Source: Gammaproteobacteria bacterium (GTDB taxonomy: Bacteria; Pseudomonadota; Gammaproteobacteria; Steroidobacterales; Woeseiaceae). Taken from it: DNA of 64,000 nucleotides. The DNA lies in NCBI GenBank assembly GCA_024639825.1, contig JAHEGH010000002.1, positions 28,575 through 92,574 of the forward strand. The letters run 5' to 3'. A program made the translations under genes and the position numbers. The stretch's first letter is position 1; each line of letters begins with the position of its first letter. This document shows, in pieces, positions 1 to 9,423 of this stretch. The notes beneath the pieces are model-generated. The model was not told the DNA's origin, made no database searches, and was given only the letters and a program-made list of their open reading frames with translations.

Positions 1-822
1 GCAGGCCCGGTAGGCAGTCTTGACGCCTATATCCAGGCTGTCGGCTCGATAGCTGTTCTGTCCAAAGAGGATGAACAGTCGCTCGCAACGCGTTATCGCG
101 ACGAAGAAGACCTCGACGCCGCACGCGAGCTCGTTATGGCGCATCTGCGTTTTGTTGTGCATATCGCCAAGGGCTACACGGGCTATGGCCTGCCACTGAA
201 TGACCTCATCCAGGAAGGCAACGTCGGTCTCATGAAAGCCGTCAAACGTTTCGACCCGAGTTATGACGTACGACTCGTCTCGTTCGCCGTGCACTGGATT
301 CGCGCCGAGATTCACGAGTTCGTACTCAAGAACTGGCGCATCGTGAAAGTTGCCACGACCAAAGCCCAACGCAAGCTGTTCTTCAATCTTCGCGGCAAGA
401 AAAAGACGCTTGCCTGGCTCTCTGCTGCCGAAACGAAAGCGGTTGCTGATGATCTGGGCGTGAGCGCCAAGGAAGTCACGGAAATGGAAAAGCGTCTGCA
501 CTCGCGCGACGCAATCTTCGATCCAACTCCGGACCTCGATGACGACCATAATTACACGCCAGCGGCCTACCTGCCGGCACCGGACTCCGATCCGGCCAAG
601 CAGGTCGAGACCGCAGACTTCAACCATGACGCGACGACACGAATGACCGCCGCGTTGAACGTCCTCGACGACCGTGCCCGCCACATCATCGAGGCTCGCT
701 GGCTGACAGAGAGCAAAGCGACGCTGCACGAGCTTGCCGATGAGTACGGCATCTCAGCTGAGCGTATTCGCCAACTCGAGGCCAACGCGATCAAGAAGCT
801 GCGTAACGCGATGGCCGTGTAA
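1..822 (+). CDS. rpoH: RNA polymerase sigma-32 factor RpoH (5' end truncated by window)
   Basis: Frame is open from base 1 (AGPVGSLDAYIQAV...). Contains region 2 DLIQEGNVGLMKAV, the RpoH box KVATTKAQRKLFFNLR and region 4 SAERIRQLE. Confidence 0.96.
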   Translation, partial: AGPVGSLDAYIQAVGSIAVLSKEDEQSLATRYRDEEDLDAARELVMAHLRFVVHIAKGYTGYGLPLNDLIQEGNVGLMKAVKRFDPSYDVRLVSFAVHWIRAEIHEFVLKNWRIVKVATTKAQRKLFFNLRGKKKTLAWLSAAETKAVADDLGVSAKEVTEMEKRLHSRDAIFDPTPDLDDDHNYTPAAYLPAPDSDPAKQVETADFNHDATTRMTAALNVLDDRARHIIEARWLTESKATLHELADEYGISAERIRQLEANAIKKLRNAMAV

Positions 823-844
823 GGCCAGCCCGCAAGAAACAAGG

Positions 845-870
845 AAAGGCCGCCTCGGGCGGCCTTTTTT
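845..870 (+). terminator. Intrinsic terminator after rpoH
   Basis: AAAGGCCGCC-TCG-GGCGGCCTTT hairpin followed by a T-run. Confidence 0.85.
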
Positions 871-924
871 GTGCCCTGATCTGCTATGTTGAGCAGCTGT
901 CAGGATCAGAAGGAATACCGGGAC

Positions 925-2739
925 TTGAGTCAGCTCTTTGAAGAACTAAGACGTCGCAATGTGTTTCGCGTTGCCATCGCGTACCTCGCCATTGCATGGC
1001 TGGTTCTCCAGGTCTCCGATATCGTTCTCGACAATATCGCTGCGCCGGAATGGCTGATGAAGGCGCTCATGTTTTTCCTGGCCATCGGCTTTCCAATTGC
1101 CGTGCTGTTCGCCTGGGCCTACGAGATGACGCCTGAGGGCATCAAGCGCGAGAAGGACGTCGATCGCTCCGCCTCGATTACTCAGAACACCGGACAGAAA
1201 CTTAATCGCACGATCATTGCGTTACTTGCTGCCGCCGTAACGTTCCTGCTGATCGACAAGTTTGTATTAGAGGACGAATCGCCCGCGGTAACGATCACCG
1301 ACAAGTCTGTGGCCGTACTGCCATTCGTCGCCATGAGTCGTGGAGAAGACGACGAGTACTTTGCGGATGGCCTCACTGAGGAAATTCTCAACTCGCTAAC
1401 CCGAGTTCCGGAGCTGCTTGTAACGGCACGGACATCAGCTTTTCACTTCAAGGGACAGGACATCCCGATCCCGGAAATCGCAGAAAGACTGGGCGTCGAC
1501 AACATTGTAGAAGGATCGGTACGCCGTGACGGCGACCGGCTCAGGGTAACGGCCCAGCTGGTTCGGGCCGCCGATGGATTTCACCTCTGGTCAAAGAATT
1601 ACGATCGTGACACATCAGACACGTTTGGCGTGCAAACCGATATTGCCGAGGAAATATCCTCAGCGCTCGGCGTCGTCCTGAACGATACGCAGCTTAAGCT
1701 AATGCGCGAAGCCGGAGTACGTGATCCAGACGCATTTATTGCATTGCAGAAAGGCTATGAGGCCTTCGACGCCGCCCACGGAACGGCGGACCAGATTAAC
1801 CTCTTACGGGAGGCAAATAGCTGGTTTGAAAAGGCACTGGCTATTCAACCTGGAATTTCCGATGCGTATTTACTGCACGCGGATCATTACACCCACCGGC
1901 TGCTATCTTCAGTCGACAATCCGGAAATCTCGGTGGCAGAACAGAATGCCGCGTACGAGAAGCTCGTTGAAGACCTCGACAACGCCATACGAACGGCCGC
2001 TGATAAGTCGCGCAGCGCCTCGGCTGCTATTGATCTCGCGATCATATCGGGTAACTGGAGAAGCGTACCGGAACTGATGCCGCAATTGGCCGTGAATGGC
2101 GGCTGTACGACATCCTCGTGGGCTGAGGTCGTCAGTGCCCCCTACGGAGGGGCGCGTGAGCTGGGCCTCATCGCGCAGCAGGCCGTTGACTGCGATCCGC
2201 TTTCATTCAATGGCTGGCGGTGGCTCTCGCTGTCCCAGCTATGGGCCGGCGAATTTGATGCCGCCGTGGAGACCGCTCTACGCGGATTCGAGGCTACGTC
2301 ACACGTCCGGCTCGCGCAGCAGTTGTTTTTTACCTACCTCGCCGCAGGTCGTATTGACGACGCTGAGCAACTCATCGCGACACACATTCGGACCGAACGA
2401 AATAAACTTGGCCTTCAACGCGCCATCGCCGCAATTAGAGGTGACGCAGCGCTGGCGAAGAAACTGCATACTCGCCTCATCGACAGCGAGGCTCAATTAA
2501 CGGTTGGCATCATCACCAGCCTTGCAGTCATGGGCGATCGCGAAGCAGCCAACAGGCGGGCGTCGGAGGTCGATGCGCATCCATATGGCCACCTTCGCCT
2601 GATGCTTGTTCCTGTCACCTGCTACTGCGGCGCGCCATGGGATCTTGAGTACACGCCTAATTTCGCCAAGCTGCTTGAGGACGCGGAGCTGCCCTGGCCA
2701 CCTGCATCACCGATCCACTGGCCGCTCAAAGACTGGTAG
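925..2739 (+). CDS. Membrane protein with TolB-N-like domain and TPR-like C-terminus
   Basis: N-terminal ELRRRNVFRVAIAY with 3 TM segments. SVAVLPFVAMS..DDEYFADGLTEEILNSL and VEGSVRRDGDRLRVTAQL motifs. Probable TTG start at 925 (ORF track starts at 886). Confidence 0.8.
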   Translation: MSQLFEELRRRNVFRVAIAYLAIAWLVLQVSDIVLDNIAAPEWLMKALMFFLAIGFPIAVLFAWAYEMTPEGIKREKDVDRSASITQNTGQKLNRTIIALLAAAVTFLLIDKFVLEDESPAVTITDKSVAVLPFVAMSRGEDDEYFADGLTEEILNSLTRVPELLVTARTSAFHFKGQDIPIPEIAERLGVDNIVEGSVRRDGDRLRVTAQLVRAADGFHLWSKNYDRDTSDTFGVQTDIAEEISSALGVVLNDTQLKLMREAGVRDPDAFIALQKGYEAFDAAHGTADQINLLREANSWFEKALAIQPGISDAYLLHADHYTHRLLSSVDNPEISVAEQNAAYEKLVEDLDNAIRTAADKSRSASAAIDLAIISGNWRSVPELMPQLAVNGGCTTSSWAEVVSAPYGGARELGLIAQQAVDCDPLSFNGWRWLSLSQLWAGEFDAAVETALRGFEATSHVRLAQQLFFTYLAAGRIDDAEQLIATHIRTERNKLGLQRAIAAIRGDAALAKKLHTRLIDSEAQLTVGIITSLAVMGDREAANRRASEVDAHPYGHLRLMLVPVTCYCGAPWDLEYTPNFAKLLEDAELPWPPASPIHWPLKDW

Positions 2740-2743
2740 CCAA

Positions 2744-3061
2744 TCAGGCGAAGGTCTTGCGCCGAAAACGAACCCAGCCACCGTCTTCGATGCCTTTTGG
2801 ATCGTGATGCGTCCAGTGCACCAGGCCACCCAGATCGTTCCACTCGTACATGCCTCGCACACGCACGCGGTCACCCATCCCGAGCGGGATGCGTTCGGCA
2901 AGATCAATATTGTGCGCTATGAGCAGCGTCCGGTTATTCCCGACGTCGATGATGAAGCGCTGGTGGGGTGAGCCGTCGTCGTCATCCGACAGCAGGCGCC
3001 GCACGAAGCCAGTGACTTCGATCCACTCGCCTTCATCGCGCTTTGTGAATGCTCTGCTCAT
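2744..3061 (-). CDS. DUF3465-like small OB-fold protein
   Basis: L.DD.DGSPHQRFI, LLIAHNIDLAERI, GMYEWN..GGLVHWTHHDP..GGW motifs. Confidence 0.75.
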   Translation of the reverse strand: MSRAFTKRDEGEWIEVTGFVRRLLSDDDDGSPHQRFIIDVGNNRTLLIAHNIDLAERIPLGMGDRVRVRGMYEWNDLGGLVHWTHHDPKGIEDGGWVRFRRKTFA

Positions 3062-3100
3062 AAAAAAAGCACGGTGGGCCTTCCCTGGCCACCGTGCTTC
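3062..3100 (-). terminator. Intrinsic terminator after the OmpA lipoprotein gene
   Basis: Minus strand reads AAGCACGGTGG...CCACCGTGCTT followed by a T-run. Confidence 0.7.
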
Positions 3101-3118
3101 CTTGATCTTTGCTGAGCG

Positions 3119-3796
3119 CTACCCTTGGGTAACCGGCACCATCGTGATTTCCACGCGGCGGTTCGCCTGGCGGCCCGCTTCTGAGCTGTTGTCAGCGACC
3201 GGGCGAGACTCACCCATGCCCACCGTGATCAGACGTTGCGACGTGACACCTCGACCCTGCAGGTAGGCCGAGACCGCTCCGGCGCGACGCTCCGAGAGGC
3301 TCTGGTTGTAAGCGTCCGTCCCCGTGCTGTCCGTATGGCCTGCGACCTCAACAACGGTCTTGTCGAACTCTCCGAGCACTTTGCCAACCGAGTTCAGTAC
3401 ATCAAAGAAGGCCGGACTGAGGTCAGAGCTGTTTGTCGCGAACGTAATGTTTCCAGGCATATTCAGCGTGATGTTGTCGCCGTCACGATAAACGCTGACG
3501 CCAGTGCCTTCGAGTTCTGCGCGAAGCTCGGCTTCCTGTTTGTCCTGGTAGGCACCAACAGCCCCACCGGCGAGCGCCCCAACTCCGGCGCCAATCAAGG
3601 CATGCTGACGGCGCTCTACCGCGTCATCACCCGAGATCAGGCCAACAACGGCCCCAATACCAGCGCCGATCAGGGCACCCTTGGTCGCCTGGCTCGTCTG
3701 CTCTTCGCGAGTGTATGGGTCGAGTGTCGTGCAACCGCTCGCAATGACCGTCATGACGGTCATTGCGAGAATAATCTTTCCAGATCGCTTGTTCAT
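3119..3796 (-). CDS. OmpA-family lipoprotein (YiaD-like; glycine zipper + OmpA_C)
   Basis: Lipobox ASGC, glycine zipper GALIGAGIGA, GHTDSTG..YNQSLSERRA, NRRVEI. Confidence 0.9.
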   Translation of the reverse strand: MNKRSGKIILAMTVMTVIASGCTTLDPYTREEQTSQATKGALIGAGIGAVVGLISGDDAVERRQHALIGAGVGALAGGAVGAYQDKQEAELRAELEGTGVSVYRDGDNITLNMPGNITFATNSSDLSPAFFDVLNSVGKVLGEFDKTVVEVAGHTDSTGTDAYNQSLSERRAGAVSAYLQGRGVTSQRLITVGMGESRPVADNSSEAGRQANRRVEITMVPVTQG

Positions 3797-3925
3797 GATC
3801 TTTCCTTTGGCTTACATGGGTTTTGCGAATTGTAAGCTGCATTGTAATACGCGCCTACCTGAACGCACGCTTAATCGACCTTCTTATGTCGGGAGAATTC
3901 AAAGAAACCGCGTAAACTGTGACGT

Positions 3926-4393
3926 ATGACCGAAATCGACAGCTGGCTGGACCGCTACGAACAGGGTCACCAGGGCCTCACAAACCCGGTCGTCTACTGG
4001 GCGGCCGTTCCAATGGTCGTGCTCGGCACGATAGGCCTGCTCTGGTACCTGCCTGTTCCTGAGGAGTTCTATGAGATCTCCCCGCTTCTCAACTGGGGCA
4101 GCGCTTTCCTGATGGCCGCCGCCGTCTACTATTTCATCATCTCGCTGTCACTCGCGATCGGGATGCTGCCGTTCCTGCTCGGCATCGCCGCGCTGCAGCT
4201 CTGGCTGGCGCAGTCCCCCTATCCGCAGCTGGGCGTTTCGGTCGGCCTTCTGGCCGCTGGCACTGTCGGGCTGTGGCTGGGTCGTCGTGGCCCGGGCAGC
4301 TTGCGCGGTGTCTTGCAGGATTTCCAGCTCATGATGATCGGCCCGGCCTGGCTTCTGTCGGTGATGTACAAGCGCTTCCGCATACCGTTTTAG
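3926..4393 (+). CDS. DUF962/Mpo1-like membrane protein
   Basis: Y...HQ..TN N-terminus, 4 TM segments, C-terminal LMMIGPAWLL. Confidence 0.65.
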   Translation: MTEIDSWLDRYEQGHQGLTNPVVYWAAVPMVVLGTIGLLWYLPVPEEFYEISPLLNWGSAFLMAAAVYYFIISLSLAIGMLPFLLGIAALQLWLAQSPYPQLGVSVGLLAAGTVGLWLGRRGPGSLRGVLQDFQLMMIGPAWLLSVMYKRFRIPF

Positions 4394-4462
4394 AGCTAGT
4401 GCCGCGGGCGTGAAACTCGTCTAGAATCTACGCCCCAAATCCCAAATCCCAGGAAGAAACCC

Positions 4463-5635
4463 GTGGGCGCAAAAGTACTCGATCCGCTCGATCTCTATGA
4501 TATCCGTTCCGAACTCAGCGAAGACGAGGTTATGGTCAAGGATACCGTTGGCCGCTTCGTCGATGATCGGGTCATCCCGCTCATGCGCGAGGCATTTGAG
4601 CAACATACATTCCCGATGGAACTTGTCGGCGAAGTCGCCGGGCTCGGTCTTTTCGGCAGCTCCATTGAAGGCTACGATTGTGCCGGCCTCAATGGCGTCA
4701 GCTACGGCCTGATCTGCCAGGAACTCGAGCGTGGTGACAGTGGCCTGCGCAGCTTCGTGTCTGTGCAATCGAGCCTGGTCATGTTTCCGATTCACGCCTA
4801 TGGCTCCGACGAGCAAAAAGAGCGCTGGCTGCCTGCCATGGCGCGCGGCGAAGCCATCGGTTGCTTTGGGCTTACCGAGCCACACGGCGGCTCCGATCCG
4901 GGCAACATGAAAACGCATGCAAAACGCGATGGTGATGACTGGATCATCAATGGCGCCAAGATGTGGATCACCAATGCGACGATTGCGGATGCTGCCGTTG
5001 TCTGGGCGAAGACAGACGAGGGCATCAAGGGCTTTATCGTCGAGAAGGACATGCCCGGCTACGCGACGCAGGAAATCGAAAACAAATTTTCCCTGCGCGC
5101 ATCGGTCACCGGCGCTCAGTTCTTTGACAACGTACGGGTTCCCAAGGAAAGCGTCCTCCCGGGCGTGTCGACACTCAAGGGTCCATTGAGCTGCCTGACC
5201 CAGGCACGTTACGGCATCGCCTGGGGTGTCATTGGCGCCGCTCAGGCGTGCCTCAGCGAAGCGCTGAACTACTCGCAGGATCGTGTGCTGTTTGGCAAGC
5301 CCGTTGCGCACACGCAGTCCATGCAAATTCGCCTGGCCGATATGGCGCGGCGCATCACGACTGCACAACTGCTGGTACTGCGCCTGGGTCGCCTCAAGGA
5401 CAAAGGCGAGTTAACGCCATCACAGGTATCGCTCGCGAAATGGAACAACTGCCGGGCCGCACTCGACATCGCCCGCGACGCACGTGACATTCTCGGCGGC
5501 GCAGGCATCAGTGCGGAGTACGTGCCTATTCGTCACATGCTGAACCTCGAAAGTGTGATTACCTACGAAGGCACCGAGACCGTTCACCAGCTCGTCATCG
5601 GTAAGGAACTGACGGGCGTCAACGCATTCGGCTAA
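4463..5635 (+). CDS. gcdH: Glutaryl-CoA dehydrogenase-like acyl-CoA dehydrogenase
   Basis: ELERGDSGLRSFVSVQSSL, GCFGLTEPHGGSDP, NLESVITYEGT. Confidence 0.85.
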   Translation: MGAKVLDPLDLYDIRSELSEDEVMVKDTVGRFVDDRVIPLMREAFEQHTFPMELVGEVAGLGLFGSSIEGYDCAGLNGVSYGLICQELERGDSGLRSFVSVQSSLVMFPIHAYGSDEQKERWLPAMARGEAIGCFGLTEPHGGSDPGNMKTHAKRDGDDWIINGAKMWITNATIADAAVVWAKTDEGIKGFIVEKDMPGYATQEIENKFSLRASVTGAQFFDNVRVPKESVLPGVSTLKGPLSCLTQARYGIAWGVIGAAQACLSEALNYSQDRVLFGKPVAHTQSMQIRLADMARRITTAQLLVLRLGRLKDKGELTPSQVSLAKWNNCRAALDIARDARDILGGAGISAEYVPIRHMLNLESVITYEGTETVHQLVIGKELTGVNAFG

Positions 5636-5652
5636 CACCAACCAATCAGGAC

Positions 5653-6921
5653 ATGTGGCGCATAGCTGCGCCCATGATCCTGTCGAATATTTCCGTGCCG
5701 TTGCTCGGCATGGTCGATACCGGCGTCACAGGGCATCTCGAGAGTCCCGCGTACCTCGGCGCCGTCGCGATCGGCGGCACTATCTTTACGTTCCTGTACA
5801 TGAGCATGAACTTCCTGCGCATGGGAACGACCGGCATTGCCGCACAGAGCTACGGTGCCGGAGACAATGACGGATTACGTGTGTCGCTGGGGCAGGCGCT
5901 CATTGTCAGCCTGGCGATCGCTTTCGCCATTCTTCTGCTGCAGCTTCCGGTTGGCCGGTTCGCTATTGCGCTTCTGGGTGGCGATGCGGAAACGCAGCAG
6001 CATGCAGCGACGTATTTTTCGATACGCGTGTGGAGCGCTCCAGGCACGCTCGCCAACTATGCTCTGATCGGCTGGTTCCTCGGCCTCCAGAACGCGCGCG
6101 TGCCGCTGTTAATCTTTCTCACGATCAACATCATCAATATCGTGCTCGATCTGCTGTTTGTGATTGTGTTCGGCATGAAGGTGGACGGCGTCGCACTCGC
6201 CTCGGTTATTGCGGAGTACTCCGGTCTGCTGGTGGGCGGCGCGTTTGCCATTAGCGCATTGCGAAGCCATGAGGGCCACTGGCCGCTCGCACGACTGACC
6301 CGGCTATCAGCGTACAAGTCGTTTTTTTCTATGAATGCCAGCCTGTTCGTTCGCTCGATGGCCCTGATGTTCACGTTTGCTTTCGTCACCGCGCAGGGCG
6401 CGCGACTTGGCCCCGCCATCCTCGCGGCGAACGCCGTACTGTTGAACTTCCAGAACCTGACGTCGCTGGGCCTCGACGGCCTGGCTCATGCCGCGGAGGC
6501 TATGGTGGGTAAAGCGGTGGGTCAGAAGGACCGGGATATGCTGCAGCATACGGTGCGGCTCACACTGAAGTGGTCGCTGATTTTTGCCGTGGGCTTTACC
6601 GTCACCTACCTGATCGCCGGGCCGCTCATCGTTCGTACCCTTACCGACCTGCCGGACGTTCGTAAGACGGCGATGGTTTACCTTCCGTGGCTCATCGTGT
6701 CACCGGTGATCTCTGTTTGGTGTTTTCTCTACGACGGCGTCTACGTCGGAATGACCCGTGCCCGGGAGATGCGCAACATCATGGTGTTCTCGACGTTCGC
6801 TGTATTTCTGCCGGCGTGGTATCTCACCCAGTCATTCGGCAACCACGGGCTGTGGTTTGCGTTCATGCTCTTTTTCGCGAGCCGTGGCATCGGCATGCAT
6901 TTTGTATACAAGAAGTTCTAG
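5653..6921 (+). CDS. dinF: MATE efflux transporter, DinF type
   Basis: PMILSNISVPLLGMVDT, FLRMGTTG, LDGLAHAAE; about 12 TM segments. Confidence 0.85.
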   Translation: MWRIAAPMILSNISVPLLGMVDTGVTGHLESPAYLGAVAIGGTIFTFLYMSMNFLRMGTTGIAAQSYGAGDNDGLRVSLGQALIVSLAIAFAILLLQLPVGRFAIALLGGDAETQQHAATYFSIRVWSAPGTLANYALIGWFLGLQNARVPLLIFLTINIINIVLDLLFVIVFGMKVDGVALASVIAEYSGLLVGGAFAISALRSHEGHWPLARLTRLSAYKSFFSMNASLFVRSMALMFTFAFVTAQGARLGPAILAANAVLLNFQNLTSLGLDGLAHAAEAMVGKAVGQKDRDMLQHTVRLTLKWSLIFAVGFTVTYLIAGPLIVRTLTDLPDVRKTAMVYLPWLIVSPVISVWCFLYDGVYVGMTRAREMRNIMVFSTFAVFLPAWYLTQSFGNHGLWFAFMLFFASRGIGMHFVYKKF

Positions 6922-8270
6922 GCCACTTTCTCGCAAAGTCTATGCGCGTTAGCTTTTGCCCAGAAGTATCCCAGGGTTCCTGAAAGAATATTAGCAACCG
7001 CGTAGGCACCGAAGATGCCCGCAATACCGAACAGCTCTTTGCCGATGAAAGCCAGCGGTATATACAAAACCAGGATTCGGGTAACGCTGATCACCACGCC
7101 GGGCAGCGGGTTCCCGAGGCCGTTGAACGCTGCATTGACGACCATGACGAGGCCGTAGGCACCGTAGCTGATCGGCGCGATCCACATGAACAGCCGGGTC
7201 ACATCCGTAACGGCCGGGTTGTCGCTGAATAGTCCCGGTACGACGCCGGACAAAAGTGCCAGAACCACTGCAATCACGAGGCCGCTCAGGAGACAGAAGC
7301 TCGCACACAGTCGCAGCGAGTGCTGAATTCTGTCTTCCTTACCCGCAGACAGGTTCTGGCCAACAAACGGACCGATGATCGACGACATCGCGTAATACAT
7401 GACGAGCACCATCGACTCAACCCGACTCGCGACACCGAAGCCGGCAACGGCTTCCGGTCCAAAGCGAGCGATCATCGCTGTGATCAGCGCCATACCGACA
7501 GGAACGATAGCGTTTGTCCCGGCTGCCGGCAGGCCAACATGAAGGATGTCGCGCCACGAGCGACGTATCTCGCCAGGCTCGGCATCTTTGAAACTGATCA
7601 TGTCCAGACGGTAGGCCAGGAAATAGATCGTGCCGACGAACATCGCACCCCGCGCGAGAAGCGCCGCGATCGCTGCACCATTGAGACCCAGCGCCGGGAC
7701 CGGCCCGAGACCGAAAATGAATATCGGATCGAGGCACACGTTCAATACCGCACCCGCAACCATGAGCTTGCTCGGCAAAACCGTATCGCCGGTTGCTCGC
7801 ATGCTACTGGTGCCCACCATGCCAATGACGAGGAAGGGCACGCCGCAGTAAAGAATCGTCATAAACGTGCGAATCATCGGAATCATGTCGTCCGGCGCAC
7901 CGAGCAGACGAAAGAGCGGATCGATCGTGAGAATCCCAATGAAGGACAACGAGGCCGTTATCAGGAACGACAACAGCAGGCTGTCGGTCGCAAGCCGCCT
8001 GGCTCGCCGGTGATCGCCGGAGCCGATCGCTCGCGCGACCACGGATGACGTACCGGCACCCAGACCGATCGCCACACTGGTGACGATCATCAGGATTGGA
8101 AAACCAAAACTGTAAGCCGCCAGCGCGCGGTCACCGACCATACCGAGAAAGTAGGTGTCGATAAACGACTGAGCCATCAACATGGTGATGCCAAGAAGCA
8201 CGGGCAAGGCCATGTTGACCAGGTGGGAGCCTACAGGGCCCTGCGTCAGTCTGGCCGGTTGGGAATTCAT
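6918..8270 (-). CDS. MATE efflux transporter
   Basis: Start MNSQPARLTQGPVG at 8270. IDTYFLG, MRATGDT, NVCLDPIFIFG, PFVGQNL motifs. The upstream extension in the ORF track is the antisense of the NUDIX gene. Confidence 0.88.
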   Translation of the reverse strand: MNSQPARLTQGPVGSHLVNMALPVLLGITMLMAQSFIDTYFLGMVGDRALAAYSFGFPILMIVTSVAIGLGAGTSSVVARAIGSGDHRRARRLATDSLLLSFLITASLSFIGILTIDPLFRLLGAPDDMIPMIRTFMTILYCGVPFLVIGMVGTSSMRATGDTVLPSKLMVAGAVLNVCLDPIFIFGLGPVPALGLNGAAIAALLARGAMFVGTIYFLAYRLDMISFKDAEPGEIRRSWRDILHVGLPAAGTNAIVPVGMALITAMIARFGPEAVAGFGVASRVESMVLVMYYAMSSIIGPFVGQNLSAGKEDRIQHSLRLCASFCLLSGLVIAVVLALLSGVVPGLFSDNPAVTDVTRLFMWIAPISYGAYGLVMVVNAAFNGLGNPLPGVVISVTRILVLYIPLAFIGKELFGIAGIFGAYAVANILSGTLGYFWAKANAHRLCEKVA

Positions 8271-8318
8271 TCGAGCTCGTTGCGTTATGATCAGACAGGA
8301 CGAATACAGGTAATAGCC

Positions 8319-8867
8319 ATGAAACTCAAGTGGAAGCGCCTCTCCCGAAAAATTATCTACGAGAACGACTGGATGACGGTTCTCGAAGACGAGGTAATCA
8401 ACCCGGGCGGCGGTCGTAATCATTACGGCCATGTTCATTTCAGGAATCGCGCCGTCGCGATTATCCCCATCGATGAAGACGGCAATACGTGGCTGGTCGG
8501 GCAGGAGCGTTACACGCTTGGCGAGTATTCCTGGGAACTGCCGATGGGCGGCGCACCGCTCGATGAGAACCCGCTCACAGCCGCACGCCGTGAACTCAAG
8601 GAAGAAACCGGCCTGAGCGCCGGGCAGTGGTCGGAACTTATGCAGCTGCACACAAGCAACTCGATAACCGATGAGGTTGGCTATGTATATGTGGCGACCG
8701 AGCTAACTGAAGGCGAAACCGCTTTTGAGGAAACGGAGGATCTGACCATTCGCAAACTCCCACTGCGGGAGGCTGTACAAATGGTGATCGACGGTGCCAT
8801 TACCGATGCGATTAGTGCTGCTGCCTTACTTCGTCTGCACGCAACTAGAACATCATCCTCGCCGTAA
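8319..8867 (+). CDS. NUDIX hydrolase (ADP-ribose pyrophosphatase-like)
   Basis: Nudix box WELPMGG...AARRELKEETG; ATG at 8319. Confidence 0.88.
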   Translation: MKLKWKRLSRKIIYENDWMTVLEDEVINPGGGRNHYGHVHFRNRAVAIIPIDEDGNTWLVGQERYTLGEYSWELPMGGAPLDENPLTAARRELKEETGLSAGQWSELMQLHTSNSITDEVGYVYVATELTEGETAFEETEDLTIRKLPLREAVQMVIDGAITDAISAAALLRLHATRTSSSP

Positions 8868-9423
8868 CCACATAGCGAAGTGGCCCACCGGCCTCAAGCG
8901 CATCGAAGGGATAGCACGTGACCAGCGTCAGCATGGCGGCATCCGTATCGAGAACGAGACTACCTCTACGCGAGTCAACGATATCGATGCCGACGACCTT
9001 GTAGATATGACGTTGGCCGCGCGTGGTTTCCATGCCGAGCAATTCGCCAACCTCGAGTTTTCTTAGAAATAGAAAGTGGGTGTCGCGATGTCCACCGATA
9101 ATTGCGTTACCCGTCTCACCCGGCATCGCGCTCGCGCTCAGGTGGCCTGGACCAAACGCCAGCGTTCGTCCCGAGCCACCGGCGAGCACAATCAGGTCCA
9201 CGTCTCGCTGCTTTGCCGTCAACCGGGCTACCGGCCAGGTATCGGCCCACGGCCAGGGCGTGGCGCGTTCCTCGCCGGCGCCGGCACGAACCCAGGCGCG
9301 TTGCATCAGTTCCTGAGCAAGCCATGCCTTGGCAGGAATGTACGCGCCCTGACCGAACTGCCAGAAGCCCAGGCACAAGAGGGCAGACACAACCCAGCCC
9401 CCGAGCCTACGCGCGCCGGCCAC
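8845..9423 (-). CDS. Class GN sortase (marine proteobacterial type)
   Basis: N-terminal TM, YIPAKAWLAQ, PWPWADTWPVARL, LAFGPG. Catalytic H (GHRDTHF), C (TLVTCYPF) and R (LRYVV). Probable GTG start at 9423. Confidence 0.92.
   Translation of the reverse strand: MAGARRLGGWVVSALLCLGFWQFGQGAYIPAKAWLAQELMQRAWVRAGAGEERATPWPWADTWPVARLTAKQRDVDLIVLAGGSGRTLAFGPGHLSASAMPGETGNAIIGGHRDTHFLFLRKLEVGELLGMETTRGQRHIYKVVGIDIVDSRRGSLVLDTDAAMLTLVTCYPFDALEAGGPLRYVVTARMMF

Noticed and set aside
3119..3796. OmpA protein as the missing PdsO
   Set aside because: It is 5 kb from the sortase locus and has a YiaD-like lipoprotein architecture; no evidence links it to the locus.
3859..3875. CTGAAC-N5-CTTAAT as an OmpR/PhoP-type box upstream of the OmpA gene
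   Set aside because: It is a two-unit degenerate match, too weak to support without comparative data.
8223..8241. GTGGGAGCCTACAGGGCCC as another REP copy
   Set aside because: Only the first 7-8 nt match, the stem is absent, and it encodes the ordinary MATE N-terminal LTQGPVG motif on the minus strand.
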